DNA from: Sphaerochaetaceae bacterium | Lineage (GTDB): Bacteria; Spirochaetota; Spirochaetia; Sphaerochaetales; Sphaerochaetaceae | Reading direction: 5' to 3' | Length of the DNA stretch: 64,000 nt | NCBI GenBank assembly: GCA_045616225.1 | Contig: JAZLGI010000003.1 | Coordinates: 749 to 64,748, forward strand | Shown here: positions 17,401-28,689 of the stretch, piece after piece | Layout: each line of letters opens with the position of its first letter | Position numbering within the stretch: the stretch's first letter is position 1 | Made by a program: the position numbers and the translations under genes | The notes under the pieces: generated by a model | The model's input: only the letters and a program-made list of their open reading frames with translations | Databases searched by the model: none | Told to the model about the DNA's origin: nothing

Positions 17401-18096
17401 TTAAAATAATGAATGAATTGCATGCGTTCTGTCCACATGCTTTAACATAAGTTCTCTGTTTTTTAGATCAGGCATGAATTTTCCCATCTCTGTCCAAAAT
17501 GCCTCACTATGATTAGGATGTTTCAGATGGCAAAGTTCATGAAGTACAGTCATATCAATAAGCTTTTCATCAAGACAAGCCGTCATTGCACTTATTTTAA
17601 TCTCTTTTCTGCGACAATAACAAACGCCCCATCTGCTTTTTGAATTGTTTACAGAAAAAACAGGCACATCCACTTCCAGCAAAGAACTCCAAAACGGAAT
17701 TCTATTTGAAATGAAATGCTCAAGCTGTTTTTTGTAAAATTCAAAAAGTGCTTTTCTTATTTTTTCTTTATCGTGAATGTCTTTCTGTGAAACTATTATA
17801 AGATTGTTTTCTTGATGAACAGCTTTTTTACCTTCCATTACTTTTAAAGTATAATCATTTCCCCAAAAGGGAATTAACTCTCCTGTTTCATAAGAATAAG
17901 GTTTTAACAAAACACTGTGTTTTTTAATCCAGTCTTTATTTGAAGATATAAAATCCCTTATCTCAGAGTCAGATTTTAAGGTATTGCAGCTTACTTCCAG
18001 TTGCCCTCTTGGATTAATATGCATTCTAACGCTTTTTTGTCCTGGTTTTCTTTTCAGGATAAAGCTTATGTCTTCAAAAGTTGAATACTTAGTCAT
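17401..18096 (-). CDS. YgjP/DUF45-type (M48-like) zinc metallopeptidase-domain protein
   Basis: 231 aa with an HExxH motif in the typical context LHELCHLKHPNHSEAFW. Confidence 0.8.
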   Translation of the reverse strand: MTKYSTFEDISFILKRKPGQKSVRMHINPRGQLEVSCNTLKSDSEIRDFISSNKDWIKKHSVLLKPYSYETGELIPFWGNDYTLKVMEGKKAVHQENNLIIVSQKDIHDKEKIRKALFEFYKKQLEHFISNRIPFWSSLLEVDVPVFSVNNSKSRWGVCYCRRKEIKISAMTACLDEKLIDMTVLHELCHLKHPNHSEAFWTEMGKFMPDLKNRELMLKHVDRTHAIHSLF

Positions 18097-18118
18097 TTCT
18101 TACTATTATAGCAGATAT

Positions 18119-19315
18119 ATGAAAACAGAACACCTCAGCGACACAATCAACAAAATATACATGGACAACGGTGACATAATCACCTTAATAGGAACTGCTC
18201 ACGTAAGTGCAAACAGCGTAGAAGAAGTTTCACGCGTAATTGACGAAGTTCAACCGGATAGAGTCTGCCTTGAATTAGACCAGGCCAGAATGGATAGCAA
18301 AACAAAAGAAAACGATTATTCAAACATGGACTTGGGAAAAGTTTTTAAAGAAGGAAAAACCTTTTTAGTCTTGGCAAATACTATTTTGGCTTCTTATCAG
18401 AAAAAAATGGGAACTCAGGTAGGTGGAATTACTCCGGGAGAAGAAATTCTTTCAGCCGGAAGAATTGCCAAAGAAAGAAATATTCCTGTTTCCCTTTGTG
18501 ACAGAGATATTAATACCACCTTCAAAAGAGCATGGAGAATGAGTAGCTTCACCAACAAAATAAAAATGATTGGGACTCTTCTTTCCAGTGCTTTTGACAA
18601 AGAAGAATATACGGCAGAAGAACTTGAGAATCTTAAGAACACAGACAATATCCAGGAAATGCTTAACGAAGTTGCAAAAGAACTTCCGGCTGCAAAAACG
18701 GCTCTTATTGATGAGAGAGACAGATTTTTGGCAACAAGCATTGTACAAGCACCTGGACATAACAAAGTTGCAATCATAGGTGCAGGACATGCAAAAGGTG
18801 TTATTGAAACAATAAGTAAGGTAGAAAACGGAACTCTTTCTTCAAATTTAACAGACATCTCATCTGTTCCGGCTGCTTCAAAAACCGGAAAAATTGCAGG
18901 TTGGATTATTCCTATTCTCATTATAGGCTTTGTTATTTATTCATGTCTTACTTATGGTTTTGATCAGGGAGTAAGATATTTCCTGGTTTGGGCTGGTTCA
19001 AACGCAGCCGCAACAATGCTTTTTGCAATTCTTTCTATTGCACATCCGTTAAACTGGCTTGTTGCGGCATTAAGTGCGCCAATAGCAGTAATGAACCCTG
19101 TTCTTGGAGTTGGAATTTTCACAGGTATAGCAGAAAGTAAACTTAGAAAACCAAAAGTCAAAGATTTTGAAAATCTTTCTGATGATGTTGGAAAACTCAA
19201 AGGCTGGTTCAAAAACAGAGTACTTCATGCTTTCTTAATTTTCTTCACAACCAGCCTTGGAAGCATTTTGGGAACATTTGTACTGTTCCCTGTAATGCTT
19301 AGAGTTTTGGGTTAG
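18119..19315 (+). CDS. TraB/GumN-family protein with a C-terminal membrane domain
   Basis: I prefer the ATG at 18119, because the track start at 17984 overlaps the divergent gene. Motifs are LIGTAHVS and IIGAGHAKG, followed by a hydrophobic C-terminal ~130 aa. Confidence 0.8.
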   Translation: MKTEHLSDTINKIYMDNGDIITLIGTAHVSANSVEEVSRVIDEVQPDRVCLELDQARMDSKTKENDYSNMDLGKVFKEGKTFLVLANTILASYQKKMGTQVGGITPGEEILSAGRIAKERNIPVSLCDRDINTTFKRAWRMSSFTNKIKMIGTLLSSAFDKEEYTAEELENLKNTDNIQEMLNEVAKELPAAKTALIDERDRFLATSIVQAPGHNKVAIIGAGHAKGVIETISKVENGTLSSNLTDISSVPAASKTGKIAGWIIPILIIGFVIYSCLTYGFDQGVRYFLVWAGSNAAATMLFAILSIAHPLNWLVAALSAPIAVMNPVLGVGIFTGIAESKLRKPKVKDFENLSDDVGKLKGWFKNRVLHAFLIFFTTSLGSILGTFVLFPVMLRVLG

Positions 19316-19391
19316 AGCAATTTTCAAAAATGATTTTCTCCTCGCAAATCCAAATCCATTGTCCACAAAGCTTAGTTTTGAAATTTGCTCG

Positions 19392-20738
19392 TTAATTTTT
19401 AAATCTTAGAGCATCTTTTATTTTCTGACACTTTCTCACAATTAATTTTGAATCAAAACTTTGGGAATAAGGAATCATAGCCTTTTCAAATCCCATTTCA
19501 TAAGCAGTTTTGAGTCTTCTCTCTGCAAAACTTACAGGTCTGACCTCTCCTGCCAAAGAAAGTTCTCCAAAACATAACATTTTTGCCGGTAACGTAGCAT
19601 CATTAGCTGCAGACCAAAGAGCAATTGCAATAGCAAGATCTACGGAAACATCATTTACCTTCACACCACCGGCTACATTCACATAGATATCTTTGTCAGT
19701 AAGCCTTACATTTGCATGACGCTCCAGAATTGCAGCAATTCTTGTTACCCTAGAAGAATCTATCCTGTCTGAATAAACACGGCTATAGCCCGTTTTTGCC
19801 TCTACAACAAGGGCCTGTATTTCTACCATGAATGTCCTGGAACCTTCAACTATTGCCGTAAATGCAATTCCCGGAGGAAGAATATCATCTTCCCTCTCGC
19901 TGATAAAAAAGCTTGAAGGATCTTTTACTCCTTCAAGACCTTGACTTGTCATTAAGAAAATTCCAATTTCATCTACACTTCCAAATCTGTTCTTAGCCGC
20001 CCTAATTAATCTCACACCCATGGAAGCCTGTTCAAAATACAGAACAGTATCTACCATATGTTCTACGATTTTTGGACCTGCAATTGTTCCTTCTTTTGTT
20101 ACATGCCCAATGAAAAAAACTGTAATTCCAATTCTCTTTGCAAGACTTATTATGTCCAGACAACAGGATTTCATCTGTGAAACAGACCCTGCAGAAGATG
20201 AGATTTCTTCTGACACAAGTGTTTGCAGAGAATCTATAACAGCAATTTGAGGTTTCTCTTTTTCAAGGATAGTAAGGATTCCTCCCAATCTTGTTTCGCA
20301 GCAAATATTAATCTTTTTTGTGTCAAGATTAAGTCTTTCTGCTCTCTGCCTTACCTGACTGGGACTTTCTTCTCCGGAAACATATAAAACTTTTCTATCA
20401 GAACTGCATTTGGCAACAACCTGAAGCATAAGTGTAGATTTTCCTATTCCCGGTTCTCCTCCTACAAGAATGGCAGAGGCTCTTACAATACCTCCGCCAA
20501 GAACTCTATCCAATTCTGATATTCCGCTGTCAAATCTGAATTCCGTTTCATAAGGGACATCTGACAATGCAACTGAATTTGCAGTTTGTGAGTCTTCCTT
20601 ACTAAGTTTGTTTTTTGGACTTAATTTCTCTTCTGTAAAGGAATTCCAAGCTCCACACTCAGGACATCTTCCCAACCATTTAGAGCTTGAAAAACCACAA
20701 TCAGAACAGACAAATCTAGTAATTTCTTCTTTTGCCAT
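19392..20738 (-). CDS. radA: DNA repair protein RadA/Sms
   Basis: 448 aa. It has a zinc ribbon (CSDCG...CPECG), Walker A GEPGIGKST, the KNRFG motif, and a Lon-protease-like C-terminal domain. Confidence 0.95.
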   Translation of the reverse strand: MAKEEITRFVCSDCGFSSSKWLGRCPECGAWNSFTEEKLSPKNKLSKEDSQTANSVALSDVPYETEFRFDSGISELDRVLGGGIVRASAILVGGEPGIGKSTLMLQVVAKCSSDRKVLYVSGEESPSQVRQRAERLNLDTKKINICCETRLGGILTILEKEKPQIAVIDSLQTLVSEEISSSAGSVSQMKSCCLDIISLAKRIGITVFFIGHVTKEGTIAGPKIVEHMVDTVLYFEQASMGVRLIRAAKNRFGSVDEIGIFLMTSQGLEGVKDPSSFFISEREDDILPPGIAFTAIVEGSRTFMVEIQALVVEAKTGYSRVYSDRIDSSRVTRIAAILERHANVRLTDKDIYVNVAGGVKVNDVSVDLAIAIALWSAANDATLPAKMLCFGELSLAGEVRPVSFAERRLKTAYEMGFEKAMIPYSQSFDSKLIVRKCQKIKDALRFKN

Positions 20739-20797
20739 TTTTTAATAAGCACTCCTAACTAACTATTTTTACCCTGCGCAGCCGGAGTTCTTTACAA

Positions 20798-21745
20798 TTA
20801 AAAATCAATAAGTTCTACATCAAACACAAGATAAGCGTTTGGCGGAATAATTCCAGGGTATCCGTGAACCCCATAACCCAATTCAGGAGGTATAATAAGA
20901 GTTCTCTTCTCTCCCTTACTCATTGTCTGAAGAGCTTCATTCCAACCTTCTATCACCTGTCCTACTGCAAATACTGCAGGTTCTCCCCTATGAACAGATG
21001 AATCAAAAATTCTTCCATCCATCAAAGAACCGGTATAGTGTACAGTTACATTTTGACCCATTTTAGGAGATTTTTTATGATCACCGTCTTTAATAACAAC
21101 ATATCTTAATCCTGAAGCAGTTTTCACAGCATTTGGCCAACGGTTTTTAATTTCAGAATCTATTTTTTCTATTTCCTTTCTTCTTCTTTCCATGGCCTTA
21201 TTTGCTGCAGTTTCTACCAAATCACTGAAAATTTGTTTTGTAACCTTAAAATTTTGAGCCTTTTTTCCAATTCTTTCTATTTCAACTGTAATTATTTTGT
21301 CACCTTGAACAATAGAATTTACTACATCCTGTCCTTCAACAACTTTACCAAATACAGAATGTTTATCGTTTAACCATGGTGTTTTGACATGGGTAATAAA
21401 GAACTGGCTTCCGTTTGTTCCAGGACCTGCATTAGCCATACTCATAACTCCTGGACCATCATGTCTAAGAGATGAATCAAATTCATCAGGGAAAGAATAC
21501 CCAGGTCCTCCGGTACCGTCACCCTTTGGGCAACCTCCCTGAATCATAAAGTTCTCAATTACTCTATGAAAACAAAGTCCTTCGTAGAAATTTTCACCTT
21601 CATCTTCAAGATTAAGTTCCCCTTCTACAAGTCCAACAAAATTTGCTACAGTCATTGGAACTTTCTCAAATTCAAGATTTACTACAATATCACCTTTTTC
21701 TGTCTTTATAATTGCATAAAGACCATCTTTTTCTTTATAACTCAT
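20798..21745 (-). CDS. dual-family peptidyl-prolyl isomerase (N-terminal cyclophilin, C-terminal FKBP)
   Basis: 315 aa. Cyclophilin blocks are [13 protein letters not shown] and [16 protein letters not shown] blocks are [18 protein letters not shown] and [16 protein letters not shown]. Confidence 0.9.
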   Translation of the reverse strand: MSYKEKDGLYAIIKTEKGDIVVNLEFEKVPMTVANFVGLVEGELNLEDEGENFYEGLCFHRVIENFMIQGGCPKGDGTGGPGYSFPDEFDSSLRHDGPGVMSMANAGPGTNGSQFFITHVKTPWLNDKHSVFGKVVEGQDVVNSIVQGDKIITVEIERIGKKAQNFKVTKQIFSDLVETAANKAMERRRKEIEKIDSEIKNRWPNAVKTASGLRYVVIKDGDHKKSPKMGQNVTVHYTGSLMDGRIFDSSVHRGEPAVFAVGQVIEGWNEALQTMSKGEKRTLIIPPELGYGVHGYPGIIPPNAYLVFDVELIDF

Positions 21746-21762
21746 TTTACTGCCTACATTTA

Positions 21763-22698
21763 TTAAAATTTTACTTCTTCTTCGTTATCAAAAAGATAAC
21801 CGTTTGGATCTAAAAACTGATAAATTCTTTCCAGTTCATCCGTATTATTAAAAGGAATAACTACTTTACCTTTGTTAAGTTTTCCTTTAATTTCTACTTT
21901 GCATCCACTTGCAGAAAGAAATTTTTCTTCTATTTCCATTATTTCTTCTGTTTTAATCTTCTTTTGCTTAATTAAAACTCTATTCGTATTAATTGCACGT
22001 ATTCCATTATTTAGATTACTTGCCAATTCTTCAGATTGTCTAACAGATAAGCCTTTTGAAATAATTTCAGAATAAAGTATTTCTCTTTCAGCAGGATTTT
22101 CTACACTTAATAAAGCTCTTGCATGCCCACTGGTAAAATCTCCTTTTTCAAGAGAATCAAGCATATTTGGCGCAAGATTCAACAATCTTATACTATTAGC
22201 TATGGCAGGACGGCTTTTACCAACTCTTTTAGCAAGTTCTTCCTGTTTAATTCCGGATTGTGATATAAGGTAACTATAAGCCCTGGCTTCTTCAACAGGA
22301 TTCAAGCTTTCTCTTTGAATATTCTCAATTAAAGAGACTTCCATCCTTTGTAAATCAGAAAATTCTCTGACAATACAAGGTACTTTACTGAGTCCTGCCA
22401 ATTTGGAAGCTCTATATCTTCTTTCGCCTGCAATTATTACATAGCTATTTTCAGAAATTTCTTCCACTAGAAGCGGTTGAATTATTCCTTGTGCAGCTAT
22501 TGATTGAGCCAATTCATTAAGTTTTTCCACATCAAAGACTTTTCGCGGTTGATTAGGGTTAGCTTTAATATTTGAAATGTCAATTTCAATTATTTTTGCA
22601 CCTGTTTCTTTCAATTTTTCTGTTTCAAAATTTGCGAAGGCATCATAATTCCCCATAAGAGATTCAATACCTCTGCCCAGACCTTTCTTAATTGACAC
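21763..22698 (-). CDS. parB: chromosome partitioning protein ParB/Spo0J
   Basis: 311 aa. It shows the N-terminal GLGRGIESL, ParB box [10 protein letters not shown], and an HTH ([22 protein letters not shown]). Confidence 0.92.
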   Translation of the reverse strand: MSIKKGLGRGIESLMGNYDAFANFETEKLKETGAKIIEIDISNIKANPNQPRKVFDVEKLNELAQSIAAQGIIQPLLVEEISENSYVIIAGERRYRASKLAGLSKVPCIVREFSDLQRMEVSLIENIQRESLNPVEEARAYSYLISQSGIKQEELAKRVGKSRPAIANSIRLLNLAPNMLDSLEKGDFTSGHARALLSVENPAEREILYSEIISKGLSVRQSEELASNLNNGIRAINTNRVLIKQKKIKTEEIMEIEEKFLSASGCKVEIKGKLNKGKVVIPFNNTDELERIYQFLDPNGYLFDNEEEVKF

Positions 22699-23446
22699 GA
22701 TTTATAATCTCCTTAGTAAGTTTTGAATAAGCAACAGCTCCGGGACAATGCTTATCATATATAGTAATAGGAACGCCATGACTTGGAGCTTCACTTAAAG
22801 TAATATTTCTTGGAATTAAGGTATCAAAAACAACACCTTTAAAAAACTGTACTACATCTTCTACTACTTGATTGCAAAGTTTTGAACGCTTAGCATACAT
22901 TGTAAAAGCTATACCCAAAACTTTTAATTCAGGATTAAGATTTCTTCTTACTGCAGTAACCGTTTTCATAAGCATATTCAATCCTTCCATAGCAAAATAT
23001 TCACATTGCATTGGAATTACAACAAATTCAGTCCAAGTTAAAGCATTCATTGTTATTAAATCTAAAGAAGGAGGGCAATCTGCAAGAATGTAATCAAAAT
23101 CTTCTTCCAAAGGTTCTATAGCATTCTTTAAGAAGAATTCTCTTCTTTCTTCATCTACCAATTCAACAGCAAGGCCTGCCATATTAATCCCACCAACCAA
23201 ACAAAAAAGATTTTTTACCGGAGTGGCTTGTATTGAACTTTTATCTGCATTACCTGCAATTAATTCATAAACACCAGGCTTAGTTTTATCAGCAGAAACA
23301 GCACTAGAGAGATTTCCTTGAGCATCAAGATCAAGAAGCAGCACTTTGCTTCCTTTTGAAGCAAGGAATGCACCTACATTAACACAGGTAGTTGTCTTTC
23401 CAACACCACCTTTTTGGTTAATAAAAATAATTTTTTTTGCTTTCAT
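22688..23446 (-). CDS. parA: chromosome partitioning ATPase ParA/Soj
   Basis: 252 aa with deviant Walker A NQKGGVGKTT. It overlaps parB by 11 nt. Confidence 0.92.
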   Translation of the reverse strand: MKAKKIIFINQKGGVGKTTTCVNVGAFLASKGSKVLLLDLDAQGNLSSAVSADKTKPGVYELIAGNADKSSIQATPVKNLFCLVGGINMAGLAVELVDEERREFFLKNAIEPLEEDFDYILADCPPSLDLITMNALTWTEFVVIPMQCEYFAMEGLNMLMKTVTAVRRNLNPELKVLGIAFTMYAKRSKLCNQVVEDVVQFFKGVVFDTLIPRNITLSEAPSHGVPITIYDKHCPGAVAYSKLTKEIINRVN

Positions 23447-23537
23447 GTTTTAATAATACAATTAAAAAACTAAATTGTCATCATTTCTTGACTTATTCTA
23501 AAACAATTACTACGATTAGTTTTAAAAGGAAAACAAT

Positions 23538-23774
23538 ATGGAAGATTTTGAAGCAAAAATTAAAGAAGCAATAGAATTAATTAGACCATCCTTGCAAAAC
23601 GATGGTGGCGATATTCAATTTGTCAGAACAGAAGGGAAAAAAGTATTCGTAAAACTCCAAGGTGCTTGTGCCGGATGTATGATGGCTGCAATGACATTAA
23701 AAGGTGGAGTTGAAAGAATGCTTAAGTCAGAAGTTGATCCTGATATTGAAGTTGAAAACGTGACAGAATTTTAA
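23538..23774 (+). CDS. NifU C-terminal-domain (Nfu-type) Fe-S cluster protein
   Basis: 78 aa with IRPSLQNDGGDIQFV and the CxxC pair GACAGC. Confidence 0.85.
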   Translation: MEDFEAKIKEAIELIRPSLQNDGGDIQFVRTEGKKVFVKLQGACAGCMMAAMTLKGGVERMLKSEVDPDIEVENVTEF

Positions 23775-23796
23775 TGAATGTTTCACGTGAAACATA

Positions 23797-23826
23797 TACC
23801 GTCCATTAGGGCGGTATTTTTTTTCA
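23797..23826 (+). terminator. rho-independent terminator of the nfu-like gene
   Basis: ATACCGTCC-ATTA-GGGCGGTAT is followed by an 8-T run. It is preceded by a second palindrome ATGTTTCAC/GTGAAACAT at 23779-23796. Confidence 0.75.
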
Positions 23827-23885
23827 ATCGCTTTTTTAAATCTGATTGTTTTTTACAATTTAATTTTTAAAAGAAAAATTTAATT

Positions 23886-23922
23886 AAAAAACTGCATTCC
23901 AGATAGCTAGAATGCAGTTTTT
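23886..23922 (-). terminator. bidirectional-type terminator downstream of gyrA
   Basis: AAAAACTGCATTC-(10 nt)-GAATGCAGTTTTT has an A-run and a T-run flanking an 8-bp GC-containing stem. A further palindrome TGTTTCTAT-TT-ATAGAAACA lies at 23929-23948. Confidence 0.6.
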
Positions 23923-23955
23923 AGTTCATGTTTCTATTTATAGAAACAGAATCTT

Positions 23956-26418
23956 TTATTCTTCTGAGACCTCTTCAATCTCTTCTTCCTGCTGATAATC
24001 TGTACTTGTAATACTCATAACCAAATCATCTGCTTGTTTCATTTTAAAGACTATTACACCTCCGGCACTTCTACCTTGAGTTGAAATCTCCTTAACATGT
24101 GTGCGGATAGTTATACCTTTTTTAGTTATACAGACAACATCATTTTCTTCATTTACAGACAATCCTGAAACTATAGAACCTGTTTCTTGGCTTAACTTAT
24201 AAATTTGCTGTCCTCCGGTTCCTCTGTGGTGAGCCATAAAGTCTGAGTATTGAACTTGTTTTCCCTTGCCGTTCTCTGTAATCATGAGAATTTTCTTGTT
24301 TTCTTCTACTTTGAGAACACCAACAATTTCATCATCTGCAGAAAGGGACATGCCCTTAACTCCATGAGTTACTCTTCCCATAGCTCTTACTTCATCTACA
24401 TTAAATTTAAGGCCTTTTCCATTTTTACTAATGAGCATTACCTCATCACTTTCATTTACAAATACAGAGGCGAGTAAAGTATCTCCTTCATCAAGAATAA
24501 TTCCTTTAATTCCGTTCTTTCTTGCATTGATAAATGAATTAAGACTAATCTGCTTTACTATTCCTTTTCTTGTACACATAAGGAGATAGTGTTCTTCATC
24601 AAATTCTTTAAAGTTAATTATAGAAGTAATGGTCTCATTTTCTTCAAGTTTAGGAAGAATAGCCTTAATGCTTGCTCCTTTACCTGTTTTCTGACCTTCA
24701 GGAATTTCCCAAGCGTCTATTACAAAAGCTTTTCCCAGTGAAGTTATATACATGATATGGTCATGACTGTTTACGGTAAACATATGCTCAACATAGTCTT
24801 CATCTCTAAGCTGTGTTCCTTTAACGCCTTTACCGCCACGTCCTTGTGATTTATATTCCTCTGAAGGGATTCTCTTAACAAAGCCTTTATGTGTGGCAAC
24901 AATCACACATTCCTGTTTTTTAACAAAGTCTTTATCTGTAATTCCAGACACTTCCATAGGGTTGATTTCTGTTCTTCTTTCATCCCCATAGGTTTTTGCC
25001 AATTCTTGAATCTCTTGTTTCACAACAGCTATGAGTTTAAGAGGATCTTCCAAAAGACCGGTGTAGTAGGTAATTTTTGCGTACAATTCAGAAAGCTCGT
25101 CAATTATTTCCTGAGTTTCCATATGGCTAAGTCTTCCGAGACGCATCTGAATAATAGCATTTGCCTGGATTTCCGTAAGTCCAAATCTAGCTTGCAACTT
25201 TGCAGAAGCTTCTGTGTTATCGGCAGCCTTTTTAATGATATCTATGACTTCATCTATGTTTTCCAGGCCAATCTTTAATCCAAGCAAGAGGTGTTCTCTT
25301 TGTTTAGCTTTTTCTAGGTCAAACTTTGTTCTTCTTGTTACAACTTCTTCTTTATGAACAAGATAACAATGAAGCATTTCCTTTACAGACAACAATTTAG
25401 GTCTTCCGTTAACAAGAGCCAGATTGTTTGCATTAAAGTTAGATTCCAAAGCAGTATTCTTAAATAAGTGATTTACTACTATCTCAGGAACAGCTCCGCT
25501 TTTGAGCTCAATTACAAGACGAATACCTTCTCTGTCTGATTCATCTCTTACAAGAGATACATCTTTGAGAACTTCTTCTTTTCTTAACTCATCTATGTGA
25601 TCTTTAAGATCTCTCTTATTTACCTGATAAGGAAGTTCTGTAAAAACAATTGAATCGTGAGTCTTATGTTCTTCTATATGATAACGACCACGTAAAACAA
25701 TTTTTCCGCGACCTGTTTCAAAAGCATCTCTGATACCTTTCTGACCATAAATGATTCCGGCAGTAGGGAAGTCCGGTCCCTTGATATAATTCATTAGTTC
25801 CAAGACTGTAATCTCAGGATTATCAATTAACGCACAAAGAGCATCACAGATTTCCGTAAGATTGTGCGGAGCCATATTTGTGGCCATACCAACAGCAATA
25901 CCGCTTGAACCATTTGCCAACATAAAAGGGAAGGAAGACGGTAATACAGAAGGTTCCTGAAGAGAATCATCAAAGTTGTTTACAAAATCAACTGTGTTTT
26001 TCTCCAAATCTTCCAACATGAGTTCTCCTATGCGACTCATTTTGGCTTCTGTATATCTGTATGCTGCAGCAGGATCTCCGTCAATAGATCCAAAGTTTCC
26101 CTGAGGTTTGATTACCGGATATCTTAAAGAAAAATCCTGAGCAAGTCTTACCATTGCATCATAAACAGATGCATCTCCGTGAGGATGGTATTTTCCAAGT
26201 ACATCACCAACGATTCTGGCACTTTTTTTGGTACCTCCGGTTGATTTTATACCCAATTCATACATGTCATACAGAATTCTTCTATGAACCGGTTTTAAAC
26301 CGTCTCTTACATCAGGAAGAGCTCTGCTGACAATAACACTCATTGCATAGTCCAGATAGGACTTTTTCATTTCTTTTGAAAGATCAGAAACTATAACTCT
26401 GTTTTCATTATTTTCCAT
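23956..26418 (-). CDS. gyrA: DNA gyrase subunit A
   Basis: 820 aa. It has [10 protein letters not shown], the active-site Tyr context [11 protein letters not shown], and a full C-terminal beta-pinwheel region. It sits directly downstream of gyrB. Confidence 0.97.
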   Translation of the reverse strand: MENNENRVIVSDLSKEMKKSYLDYAMSVIVSRALPDVRDGLKPVHRRILYDMYELGIKSTGGTKKSARIVGDVLGKYHPHGDASVYDAMVRLAQDFSLRYPVIKPQGNFGSIDGDPAAAYRYTEAKMSRIGELMLEDLEKNTVDFVNNFDDSLQEPSVLPSSFPFMLANGSSGIAVGMATNMAPHNLTEICDALCALIDNPEITVLELMNYIKGPDFPTAGIIYGQKGIRDAFETGRGKIVLRGRYHIEEHKTHDSIVFTELPYQVNKRDLKDHIDELRKEEVLKDVSLVRDESDREGIRLVIELKSGAVPEIVVNHLFKNTALESNFNANNLALVNGRPKLLSVKEMLHCYLVHKEEVVTRRTKFDLEKAKQREHLLLGLKIGLENIDEVIDIIKKAADNTEASAKLQARFGLTEIQANAIIQMRLGRLSHMETQEIIDELSELYAKITYYTGLLEDPLKLIAVVKQEIQELAKTYGDERRTEINPMEVSGITDKDFVKKQECVIVATHKGFVKRIPSEEYKSQGRGGKGVKGTQLRDEDYVEHMFTVNSHDHIMYITSLGKAFVIDAWEIPEGQKTGKGASIKAILPKLEENETITSIINFKEFDEEHYLLMCTRKGIVKQISLNSFINARKNGIKGIILDEGDTLLASVFVNESDEVMLISKNGKGLKFNVDEVRAMGRVTHGVKGMSLSADDEIVGVLKVEENKKILMITENGKGKQVQYSDFMAHHRGTGGQQIYKLSQETGSIVSGLSVNEENDVVCITKKGITIRTHVKEISTQGRSAGGVIVFKMKQADDLVMSITSTDYQQEEEIEEVSEE

Positions 26419-26429
26419 GTCCTACCTCC

Positions 26430-28457
26430 TCAAGCATCAATGTTTGCATATGTTGCATTTTCTTCTATATAAATGCGTCTTGGTTCTACTTCTTCTCCCA
26501 TTAACATAGAAAAGACCTGATCTGCTTCAACAGCATCTGAAAGATGAACCTGAGTAATAAAACGGCTCTCCGGATTCATTGTGGTATCCCATAATTGTTC
26601 AGGATTCATTTCACCGAGACCTTTATATCTTTGAATCTTATAACTCTTTTCGTCATCTGCAGTTAGATTATTTTCTGCAAGAATTTTGGTTCTGTCATCT
26701 TCATCATATGCATAAAAATCTTTGTTTTTAATTGTAATTTTATATAAAGGAGGCATTGCAAAATAAACATAACCAGCTTCTATCATAGGTCTCATGTATC
26801 TGAAGAAGAATGTGAGAAGCAATGTTCTGATATGGGAACCGTCTACATCAGCATCTGCCATAATAATAATCTTGTGGTATCTCACCTTATCTATGTTAAA
26901 AGTAGCTCCGAGGCCTGCACCGATTGAAGCTATGACAGGTTGCAGTTTCTCGTTTACGGCAACTTTTTCTTCTCTGGTTTTTTCAACATTTAACATCTTT
27001 CCCCAAAGAGAAAGAATGGCCTGTGTCCGTCTATCTCTTCCTTGGTTTGCACTACCGCCTGCAGAATCTCCCTCAACGATAAAAATTTCACGATTTGCAG
27101 GGTCTTTTTCGCTACAGTCAGATAGTTTACTAGGTAAACTACCGCCATCATTCTTTTTCCTTTCTTTTTCACGTGCTTTTTTTGCAGCAACTCTGGCTCT
27201 TGCAGAGTTCACAGCTTTATCAAGCAAAGCTTCAATAAATGCCGGATTTTCGTCAAAGAAATCGTTTAATTTTTCATAGACAAAAGACTGAACCAAGCCC
27301 TGAACAAAAGAGTTTCCAAGCTTCATCTTTGTCTGTCCTTCAAATTGAGGTTCTGTTATTTTTACAGAAACAACAGCAGAAATACCTTCCCTTACGTCTG
27401 AGTTAAATCCTTCTTTAAAGTCATCTGTAGCTATAAATTCTGCCGTTTTTTTGTCTTTTTTGAATTTATCACATTTATCAAGTTGACTTCTCACTGCATT
27501 AACAAGACCGGTGGTAAAACCAATGAGATGTTTTCCGCCTTCTCTTGTATTGATGTTATTGGCAAAGGAGTAAATTCTCTCGTCGTATCTGTCTGTATAT
27601 TGGAGAGAGAACTCAATAACTGCTTTTCCTTCTGCTTTTTCTCTTTCCCCAATAAAATAAACCGGAGCAGTCCCTTCCGGTATTATTTTGTTGTTTGAAT
27701 CCAAATAAGCAACAAAATCTTTAATTCCTCCATCAAAATGAAATTGTTTTTCTATAGGAACGTCAAAACGATCATCAACAGCATTTATGACAACACCCTT
27801 ATTCAAAAACGCAAGTTCTCTGAATCTTTCACAAAGAATATTAAAATCAAAATTATCTGATTCCATTACATGGTCTTTGTCTGTTTCACTTGTTTTTGCA
27901 TCAGGATGGAATTTAATTGTTGTTCCTACTTTATCTGTAGTACCTATGACTTTTACATTTTCTTCAGGAACACCCTGATGATATACCTGTCTGAAAATTT
28001 TTCCTTCTCTGTATACAGTGGCTTCAAGAAAATCGGAAAGAGCGTTTACTACACTGACACCAACACCATGAAGACCTCCGGACACTTTATATCCACCATC
28101 TCCAAATTTTCCGCCGGCATGTAGATTACAAAGAGCAACTTCAAGAGTACTGATCTTTTTTTCCGGATGGATATCTGTAGGAATACCTCGTCCATTATCT
28201 TCCACAGTGACAATATTTCCCTTGTCTATTCTGATGTTAATCGTATCACAAAAACCTGCAACGGCTTCATCAATACTGTTATCAACTACCTCATACACCA
28301 AATGATGCAAACCGGTGCTTCCCGTTGAGCCAATATACATTCCAGGTCTGACTCTGACTGCTTCAAGACCTTCCAGAACACGAATTTGAGCTCCGCTATA
28401 ACTACCGCTGACATGAGTAAGTTCAGTGACATCAGCTTCATTGTTTTCAATATCCAT
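26430..28457 (-). CDS. gyrB: DNA gyrase subunit B
   Basis: 675 aa. It has the GHKL ATPase (EVVDNSIDE, GGLHGVG), Toprim EGDSAGGS, and DADVDGSHI. Confidence 0.97.
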   Translation of the reverse strand: MDIENNEADVTELTHVSGSYSGAQIRVLEGLEAVRVRPGMYIGSTGSTGLHHLVYEVVDNSIDEAVAGFCDTINIRIDKGNIVTVEDNGRGIPTDIHPEKKISTLEVALCNLHAGGKFGDGGYKVSGGLHGVGVSVVNALSDFLEATVYREGKIFRQVYHQGVPEENVKVIGTTDKVGTTIKFHPDAKTSETDKDHVMESDNFDFNILCERFRELAFLNKGVVINAVDDRFDVPIEKQFHFDGGIKDFVAYLDSNNKIIPEGTAPVYFIGEREKAEGKAVIEFSLQYTDRYDERIYSFANNINTREGGKHLIGFTTGLVNAVRSQLDKCDKFKKDKKTAEFIATDDFKEGFNSDVREGISAVVSVKITEPQFEGQTKMKLGNSFVQGLVQSFVYEKLNDFFDENPAFIEALLDKAVNSARARVAAKKAREKERKKNDGGSLPSKLSDCSEKDPANREIFIVEGDSAGGSANQGRDRRTQAILSLWGKMLNVEKTREEKVAVNEKLQPVIASIGAGLGATFNIDKVRYHKIIIMADADVDGSHIRTLLLTFFFRYMRPMIEAGYVYFAMPPLYKITIKNKDFYAYDEDDRTKILAENNLTADDEKSYKIQRYKGLGEMNPEQLWDTTMNPESRFITQVHLSDAVEADQVFSMLMGEEVEPRRIYIEENATYANIDA

Positions 28458-28689
28458 TGATCTTCCTTTTCTCGCGTAAGAATTACGTTTTAATATATAT
28501 ACTGTTATGTATTATTATAAGTAAGAATAGCATTTTAGAGATTTTTCATCAACAAAAGCCAAAGTTTTTTATATTTTTTTAATTCCTTTTAAAGGAATGA
28601 ATTATGTACAAAATTTATAATTAAATCAAAAATTGATTTGCTTTTTTAAACGCCATTAACCTTGAAAGTGTGAAATTTACAATATAAAA
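28458..28689. promoter_or_regulatory. gyrB-dnaA divergent spacer at the point of gene-orientation switch (possible oriC component and promoters)
   Basis: 232 bp, very AT-rich. It contains palindrome ATTCCTTT-T-AAAGGAAT (28582-28598) and one weak DnaA-box-like TTATGTACA (28602-28610). No exact TTATNCACA was seen. Confidence 0.4.

Noticed and set aside
17984-18118. N-terminal extensions proposed by the ORF track: 17984 for the TraB-like gene, 15045 for the small OMP, 56635 for parE, 3353 for the LRR protein, 42459 for the S41 peptidase, and 32396 for DUF721.
   Set aside because: The extensions overlap neighbouring genes or use non-ATG starts without an SD. Internal ATGs give proper signal peptides or conserved N-termini, often with better SD spacing.
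19359-19367. A DnaA-box-like TTGTCCACA in the TraB-radA spacer.
   Set aside because: It is a single 8/9 match to TTATCCACA, sitting in the loop of a weak long-range inverted repeat (19315-19390) between convergent genes. An isolated box like this is expected by chance.
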